From positions 27,259 to 91,258 of the forward strand of contig JAYUQG010000024.1 of the NCBI GenBank assembly GCA_043756865.1: 64,000 bases of DNA, given 5' to 3'. A program made the position numbers and the translations under genes. The notes beneath the pieces are model-generated. The model did not search any database, was not told the origin of the DNA, and saw nothing but the letters and a program-made list of their open reading frames with translations. The stretch's first letter is position 1; each line of letters begins with the position of its first letter. Of the stretch, positions 58,019 through 64,000 are shown one piece after another. The DNA is from a bacterium (GTDB lineage Bacteria > Patescibacteriota > Minisyncoccia > Phycocordibacterales > UBA6899).

Positions 58019-58236
58019 CGCGGTGTGCAAATCACTTGATTAGTACCTACCACCACAAAAGTTAATCCGTCGCTCGCGGCATATTTCTTGTGCGTATTTG
58101 GTCCACCGATGAACAGTTTTATATCCTGCCATAACCCGTTTGTTCGAGATTGGACCTCAATATGGCCCACAATAACTCCGACTGTTCACAACTCTGCTCG
58201 CCATACAGAGAAATATCTTGTAAAATATTATGAGGA

Positions 58237-58953
58237 ATGGATAAATCATTCGAGACATCTTTCATGCCGAAGCAGCCACTTTTGAGAGTGGAGGGTGTTT
58301 CGCGTCGCCGAGAACCAGTAAATCTAGCGATGGTCATGGCGCTTATTGTCTTTTTTGTGACTCTCGCCGTAAGTGGGGGTATTTATTTTTACAAACTTCA
58401 GGTAGACAAGCGCGTGGTTGCACGTGCGATGGAGCTTGAGGCCGCAGAAAAACTCCTTGATATAGATGAAATTGAGCTCTACAAGCGTATTGATACCCGC
58501 ATTGACACAGCTAAAAGCCTCCTCGAGAATCACACCGTGTTTACCGTTGTCTTAAATTTACTCGAGGAGAGCTCCGCGCAAAATATTGGACTGACCTCAC
58601 TCAGCTATTCCAAGGACAAACAAACATTTGTCCTCACGCTTAGCGCACAGGCAACAAGCTATGGAGCAGTGTATTTTCAGGCAAACGCATGGCGCAGTAT
58701 GGCTCCGCTTGTTACAGATGTAAAAGTTGAAAGCCTCACACTTGATGACACCTCAGGAATCGTTTCTTTTGCCGGTCGACTTGTGGTTGATGCAGGACTT
58801 ACCAAGTACGGACGACTGCTGGAGTCAGAGCGAATGGTACGAGAGCGTGCTGCGGCCGCAGTACCAGTCACTCCACCTTCCACGGGCGCAATCACGCCAG
58901 TCACGTCACCATTTCCCACCCCTGTTACACCCCCAGTGAAACCAAAGCCATGA
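58237..58953 (+). CDS. PilN-like pilus assembly protein
   Basis: TSF.PK N-terminus, single TM, coiled coil; position after pilM. Confidence 0.65.
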   Translation: MDKSFETSFMPKQPLLRVEGVSRRREPVNLAMVMALIVFFVTLAVSGGIYFYKLQVDKRVVARAMELEAAEKLLDIDEIELYKRIDTRIDTAKSLLENHTVFTVVLNLLEESSAQNIGLTSLSYSKDKQTFVLTLSAQATSYGAVYFQANAWRSMAPLVTDVKVESLTLDDTSGIVSFAGRLVVDAGLTKYGRLLESERMVRERAAAAVPVTPPSTGAITPVTSPFPTPVTPPVKPKP

Positions 58954-59513
58954 GCAGATACATTATTCCAATTTTCTTAACGATTATTGCTTCTGCCATG
59001 TATGTGGTGTATCTCGACGCAACTTATCAGCAAATTCAAGTACAGCTTGCAAAAGAGCAAGAACTGCTTACTTATCTTGCAGATGCCAAGGATGCCCGCG
59101 ACAAACTTGATAAAATTGCTGCAGAATATGAAGCGTTTCCTGCAAATGCTGATGAACGCTTGAACGTCATGCTTCCTGACACTATTGACCCCGTGAAACT
59201 CATTGTTGACGTGAATGACGTAGTAGAAAAGCACGGCATGATAGCAAAGAACCCAAGCGTCAGCATGGAATCCGAAGACCCAAAAAATCCCGGAAAATAC
59301 CGCAAGTCAACAATCAGTTTTGGCGTGAGTGCAACATACCCTGGATTCCGTACATTTCTGCGCGCACTGGAGTCGTCACTTGCGCTGCGTGACTTCAGCG
59401 ATGTCTCGTTCACCGCCAATGCTTCAGCGTCAGGGGCAGGACCGGCACAAGTAAGGCCAGAATTTGTTGTATATGAGTACACGGTGATTGTCAGTAGTTA
59501 TTCACTTAAGTAG
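58950..59513 (+). CDS. PilO-like pilus assembly protein
   Basis: TM, coiled coil, MLP, Y..F..FL..LE.S. Confidence 0.7.
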   Translation: MSRYIIPIFLTIIASAMYVVYLDATYQQIQVQLAKEQELLTYLADAKDARDKLDKIAAEYEAFPANADERLNVMLPDTIDPVKLIVDVNDVVEKHGMIAKNPSVSMESEDPKNPGKYRKSTISFGVSATYPGFRTFLRALESSLALRDFSDVSFTANASASGAGPAQVRPEFVVYEYTVIVSSYSLK

Positions 59514-59518
59514 ACATC

Positions 59519-59950
59519 ATGGGAAAACAAATAATGATAGACATACTTGTCGTCCTCGCCGTTCCAGTCATTCTGATTGGGGGTTTCTACTTTTGGAAAA
59601 CAGACGACGGTGCACTGCTCTCACTGCTCTCTCCTGATGTGACCTTGCCGGGGGACGAGGGGAAAGAACTTGGCGCTAAAACGAAGCTTGCGCTGACAAC
59701 CCTCGGTTCCATTGATTTTGATGAGTCGTTTTTCCGTAACGAGGCATTTATGACATTGAATGACCTCACGGCGACGGTCGCCACGACGTCTCTCGGTCGC
59801 GAATACCCGTTTACTTCTCCTGATGTAATTGTGAATTTAATGAAGAAGGCTAAACCGGGAGTACCCATCACTACACCCAAGGTCACTCCCGCTAATGCTT
59901 CTGTCGGTATAGACAACATTAAGACAGGGTTAACTCCAAAACCCAAGTAG
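59519..59950 (+). CDS. Pilus-cluster membrane-anchored hypothetical protein
   Basis: N-terminal TM, F..L.D and GRE.PF; position after pilO. Confidence 0.6.
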   Translation: MGKQIMIDILVVLAVPVILIGGFYFWKTDDGALLSLLSPDVTLPGDEGKELGAKTKLALTTLGSIDFDESFFRNEAFMTLNDLTATVATTSLGREYPFTSPDVIVNLMKKAKPGVPITTPKVTPANASVGIDNIKTGLTPKPK

Positions 59951-60138
59951 ACCCACTACGCGCAGTGCAACTGCGACTTTTTCACAAAAACGGTTTCAAC
60001 TTGGGCCGTTTTTTGTTACCATTGAAGCATAGGCGATGTTTGAGACGGCAACAGAAGCACCATGACACGAGTATTTATACCATTTGATTATTCATCACAC
60101 ATTCCTCATCGAGGTGCGTGTGCACACATACTTTCTGC

Positions 60139-61884
60139 ATGAGTTTTGTCCTTTTTCTTGCACAAAAAGGTTTATTTCGTGAGGAAGATGTTCCCACACT
60201 TTCCGCTCAGGCCGAAAGTGCACTCGGGGGACTTGATGAAATACTCCAAAAAGGGGGAATGACTGGCGAGCAGATACTCACCCTGAAAGGTGAATACTTT
60301 GGATTACCTGCGCGTGCACTTGAGGGGCACAAAGTGCTTGTTGAAGTGCTCAAGTTTATACCCGAAGAATCAGCTCGGCATTATCAAATAGCTCCACTGT
60401 CAGTCGTCGACGCAGTGCTTGAGATAGGTATTGTAGACCCTGATATGCCTGGTGCGCGCGACGCAATTCAATTTATTGCCGCAAAGCTTGGTATGCCCTA
60501 CAAGCTTTATCTGATTACCCAACCGGAGTTCAATCTGATACTTGTACAGTACCAAAATCTTTCTGGCGAAGTGACTCAGGCACTCTCCGAGCTGAACACC
60601 GATGCAAACAAGGCCGCAGTAGAGGAAACAACTGCAGATACTGCGCAATCTGTTGAAACACACGAGCGCATCGAAGAGCGCGGAGGAGAGACAAAAATCG
60701 TTGAGGACGCCCCCGTTACAAAAATTGTTGCTGTTATTTTAAAGCATGCCGTGGAAGGAAATGCATCTGATGTGCACATTGAGCATACGGGTGAAAAAAT
60801 CCGCGTACGTTTTCGCGTGGATGGTGTGATGTACACCTCGCTCATTCTCCCAGCAAACATTCACAGTGCAGTAATTGCGCGTATTAAAATTCTCGCACAA
60901 CTAAAGCTTGACGAAAAACGCAAACCACAAGATGGTCGCTTTAGTGCACGCATGGACGGAAAGAAAGTGGATTTTCGCGTATCCACATTCCCTGCATATT
61001 ATGGCGAAAAGGTGGTGATGCGTATTTTGGATACTGGCAAAGGGGTCAAAACACTCGACATGATGGGACTCACTCCTGAACATTTGAAGCTCGTCCGAGA
61101 GGCAATTAACACTCCCTATGGACTCATACTGGTAACCGGACCGACGGGTTCGGGAAAGTCGACAACACTCTATTCGATGTTAAACGAGCTTGACCGCGAA
61201 AAGCGCAACGTCATCAGTCTTGAGGATCCAGTGGAATATAACATCCCTGGCGTTAATCAATCGCAGGTGCGACCGGAAATCGGCTATACATTTGCAAGTG
61301 GACTGCGCTCTATCTTACGTCAAGACCCTGACATTATCATGGTGGGAGAAATTCGTGACAAAGAGACGGCGCAGCTTGCCGTGCAGGCTGCACTCACGGG
61401 GCATTTAGTATTCTCCACGCTGCACACAAACAATGCTGCGGGTGTAATTCCACGTTTGATAGACATGGAGGTCGATCCGTACCTTATAGCACCCACACTT
61501 ATTATGGCGCTGGGTCAACGCCTTTTGCGCACTATGTGCCCGGAGTCAAAAAGTCCAATTCCACTTTCAGAAAGCATGAGGGTTATGATTGAAAAGCAGT
61601 TCTCCGATCTTCCACCGGCGGTGCGCGCGACACTTCCGATACCGAACGAAGTCTATGAGGCGGTTCCGTCACCCACGTGTCCGTCCGGCACGAAGGGGCG
61701 TACTGCGGTGTTTGAGTTTTTAAAAATGGACCGCGAACTTGAGCATGTGATTCTCACAAACCCCGTAGAGCAGGCTGTTTATGAAATGGCACGCTCGAAA
61801 GGGATGCTTACCATGAAAGATGACGCCATTGTAAAGGCATTTCGTGGCGTTATTCCTTTTGAGGAGGTCAATAATATCGTATAA
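60139..61884 (+). CDS. pilB: Type IV pilus extension ATPase (GspE/PilB)
   Basis: ASDVHIE, RFRVDG, PQDGRF, GPTGSGKSTTLY and LRQDPDIIMVGEIRD. Confidence 0.95.
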   Translation: MSFVLFLAQKGLFREEDVPTLSAQAESALGGLDEILQKGGMTGEQILTLKGEYFGLPARALEGHKVLVEVLKFIPEESARHYQIAPLSVVDAVLEIGIVDPDMPGARDAIQFIAAKLGMPYKLYLITQPEFNLILVQYQNLSGEVTQALSELNTDANKAAVEETTADTAQSVETHERIEERGGETKIVEDAPVTKIVAVILKHAVEGNASDVHIEHTGEKIRVRFRVDGVMYTSLILPANIHSAVIARIKILAQLKLDEKRKPQDGRFSARMDGKKVDFRVSTFPAYYGEKVVMRILDTGKGVKTLDMMGLTPEHLKLVREAINTPYGLILVTGPTGSGKSTTLYSMLNELDREKRNVISLEDPVEYNIPGVNQSQVRPEIGYTFASGLRSILRQDPDIIMVGEIRDKETAQLAVQAALTGHLVFSTLHTNNAAGVIPRLIDMEVDPYLIAPTLIMALGQRLLRTMCPESKSPIPLSESMRVMIEKQFSDLPPAVRATLPIPNEVYEAVPSPTCPSGTKGRTAVFEFLKMDRELEHVILTNPVEQAVYEMARSKGMLTMKDDAIVKAFRGVIPFEEVNNIV

Positions 61885-61892
61885 TAAAACAT

Positions 61893-62294
61893 ATGCCCAA
61901 AGACACCATTAATTACAGTATTATAGTGATAGATGACGACTCGTTCTTGTTGGATATGTACGCACTAAAGTTTACCCAGCGAGGGTTTAAAGTCACCACA
62001 GCTTCGGGCACACTCGAGGCTTTAGATAAATTGCGTGCAGGTCTTACCCCAGACATCATTGTGGTTGATTTGGTGATGCCTGCAATGGATGGGTTTGAAT
62101 TTCTCGAAGCGGTAAAAACAGAAGGACTGGCAGAGGGCGCACTGGTCATCATTCTTTCAAATCTTGGGCAACAGGAGGACATCGACCGCGGACTACGTCT
62201 TGGTGCGGCGGGCTACATTATCAAAGCATCGGCAACACCCTCGGAGGTGGTCGAGAAGGTACTCGAGACGGTTCAGAAAAAACATAAAAAATAA
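61893..62294 (+). CDS. Stand-alone response regulator receiver protein
   Basis: VIDDD, PDIIVVDLVMP.MDG, ILSN and YIIK. Confidence 0.92.
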   Translation: MPKDTINYSIIVIDDDSFLLDMYALKFTQRGFKVTTASGTLEALDKLRAGLTPDIIVVDLVMPAMDGFEFLEAVKTEGLAEGALVIILSNLGQQEDIDRGLRLGAAGYIIKASATPSEVVEKVLETVQKKHKK

Positions 62295-62300
62295 TTAGTT

Positions 62301-63368
62301 ATGTCAGCCGAATACAAAAAAGAGCTAGAAGATTTAGTACTCACGGTCATCCACGAGGGAGCATCTGACCTCCACTTAGTCGTTGGCAGACACCCCACGA
62401 TTCGTGTGTCGGGTGAACTGATTCCATTGGTCAAGAAACCTGTCCTTGAACCTGCTGACACAATTGGACTCCTCAAGGAGCTTATGGACGACGGGAGCTT
62501 CAAAATTTTTACCGACACAAAAGAAATCGACTTTTCTTTTTCATTTGGTAAAGAGGCGCGTTTTCGTGGAAACGGCTTTTTTCAAAAGGGAACTGCCGCA
62601 GCCGCACTCCGTCTTATTCCTAAGAAGATTAAAACGCTTCAAGAATTAGCACTTCCTCCTATACTGGAAATGTTTACCAAACGTAAACAAGGTTTCTTTT
62701 TGGTTGTGGGTCCGGTGGGTCAAGGTAAGTCAACTACCCTTGCATCAATGATTGAAATGGTGAATACAGAGCGCGCAGAAAATATCATTACGATTGAAGA
62801 TCCCATTGAGTACGTGTTTACCCCCGATCGTTCCATCATTAGTCAGCGCGAAGTACGTTTTGATACCGCAGATTTTCACGTCGCACTTCGCGCGTGTTTC
62901 CGTGAAGACGTGGACATCATTCTCATTGGTGAAATGCGCGGGCTCGACACCATCTCTACTGCAGTTACTGCTGCAGAAACAGGACACATGGTGTTTTCGA
63001 CACTCCACACAAACAACGCATCACAGACTATTGACCGCATTATCGACTCATTCCCCCCCGAGCAGCAGGATCAGATTCGTGTGCAGCTTTCGGGCTCTCT
63101 TGCGGGAATCTTCTCCCAGCGCCTTGTTCCGCGCATCTCAGGTGGTCTTGTGCCTGCATACGAATTGCTCATCAACAATAATGCTGTTGCAAACCTCATT
63201 CGTGAGCGCCGCACTCATGAAGTCCCGATGGTTATCGAGACAGGCTCTGAGCTTGGCATGATCGACATGAATCGTTCGCTCGCAGACCTTGTTCGTGCGG
63301 GTGAGATAACGGCAGAAAATGCATATCTGCATTCGTTTAATCCTCGCGCACTAGAACGGATGATATAA
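62301..63368 (+). CDS. pilT: Type IV pilus retraction ATPase PilT
   Basis: ASDLHL, GPVGQGKSTT, TIEDPIE, AAETGH, STLHT and AVANLIRE. Confidence 0.95.
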   Translation: MSAEYKKELEDLVLTVIHEGASDLHLVVGRHPTIRVSGELIPLVKKPVLEPADTIGLLKELMDDGSFKIFTDTKEIDFSFSFGKEARFRGNGFFQKGTAAAALRLIPKKIKTLQELALPPILEMFTKRKQGFFLVVGPVGQGKSTTLASMIEMVNTERAENIITIEDPIEYVFTPDRSIISQREVRFDTADFHVALRACFREDVDIILIGEMRGLDTISTAVTAAETGHMVFSTLHTNNASQTIDRIIDSFPPEQQDQIRVQLSGSLAGIFSQRLVPRISGGLVPAYELLINNNAVANLIRERRTHEVPMVIETGSELGMIDMNRSLADLVRAGEITAENAYLHSFNPRALERMI

Positions 63369-63436
63369 CAAACCCACGCACTTCAGGTACTCGCATCCAC
63401 GGATGAGAAACTTGTAGCTTGTGACCTAGTACTGCC

Positions 63437-64000
63437 ATGCTCTATAGATACAAAGCAATCGACCAAAATAACGGAGAGGAAAAGGTGGGCACCATCGAGG
63501 CGGCAACCGTTGATGTTGCCATAGCCGCACTCCAGCGCCGCAAGCTCATTATTGTTTCAATTGTTGCTGCAGACAACCTCCCCATCTGGGAGAAAGTGAT
63601 GTCGGTCGGGCATAAGGTCCCTTATCGTGACGTGGTGATTCTCTCTCGGCAGATTGCCACACTCTTTCATGCACAGGTTTCTGCGCTTCGCGTTTTTCAG
63701 CTCCTCGGTGTTGAGGCAGAAAATGAAACGTTAAAGCTGAGACTGAATGAAGTTGCTGAGGATATACAGGGTGGCATGTCGCTTTCGAGTGCACTCGGAA
63801 AACACTCCGACGTTTTTTCTGATTTTTATGTAAACATGGTACGCGCAGGAGAAGAATCAGGTAATCTTTCCAATACATTTAACTATCTTGCGGACTATTT
63901 AGACAGATCGTTTGAGCTTATCTCCAAGACACGCAATGCACTTATCTATCCGGCATTTGTTATTGTGGTGTTTATCATTGTGATGATCCTCATGCTTGTC
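63437..64000 (+). CDS. pilC: Type II secretion F family / PilC platform protein, 3' end outside window
   Basis: MLYRYKAID, SRQIATL, G.SLS.AL, YVNMVRAGEESG and ALIYPAFV. Confidence 0.92.
   Translation, partial: MLYRYKAIDQNNGEEKVGTIEAATVDVAIAALQRRKLIIVSIVAADNLPIWEKVMSVGHKVPYRDVVILSRQIATLFHAQVSALRVFQLLGVEAENETLKLRLNEVAEDIQGGMSLSSALGKHSDVFSDFYVNMVRAGEESGNLSNTFNYLADYLDRSFELISKTRNALIYPAFVIVVFIIVMILMLV

Noticed and set aside
56903-64000. Type IV pilus cluster as a novelty
   Set aside because: Ordinary gene set and order for this kind of genome

Overview
Chromosomal segment of a small-genome bacterium, most consistent with Patescibacteria/CPR (Parcubacteria-like). The assignment is inferred from the comF-pilM/N/O-pilB-pilT-pilC block, stand-alone receiver proteins, many apparently leaderless genes, tRNAs without encoded CCA and numerous short orphan ORFs. 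The genetic code is standard (TGA = stop). Housekeeping loci are lexA, smpB-ssrA, ftsH, dut, recG, tRNA-Ile(UAU), tRNA-Ser(GCU) and type IV pilus genes. They are interleaved with an accessory-rich region (about 2-32 kb) holding nadA-nadC without nadB facing an MQO-type flavoprotein, an E2-E1-ubiquitin-like operon, a J-domain/Ser-Thr kinase-vWA-pyruvate-kinase-like operon, a NUDIX-oxidoreductase-2OG/Fe(II)-like operon, an ADP-ribosylglycohydrolase, a PEP-utilising dikinase and a HEPN-like gene next to ssrA. The most striking non-coding signal is that all three stable RNA genes (tmRNA, tRNA-Ile, tRNA-Ser) are followed by the same kind of structured trailer: an antisense copy of the host RNA's own 3' end, a shared core, then a degenerate sense copy of that 3' end. 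Other non-coding signals are a ~189-nt 6S-like RNA candidate, a leader-peptide attenuator and GTTC-N7-GTTC boxes at lexA. All protein calls come from motifs recognised by eye; no database search was run.
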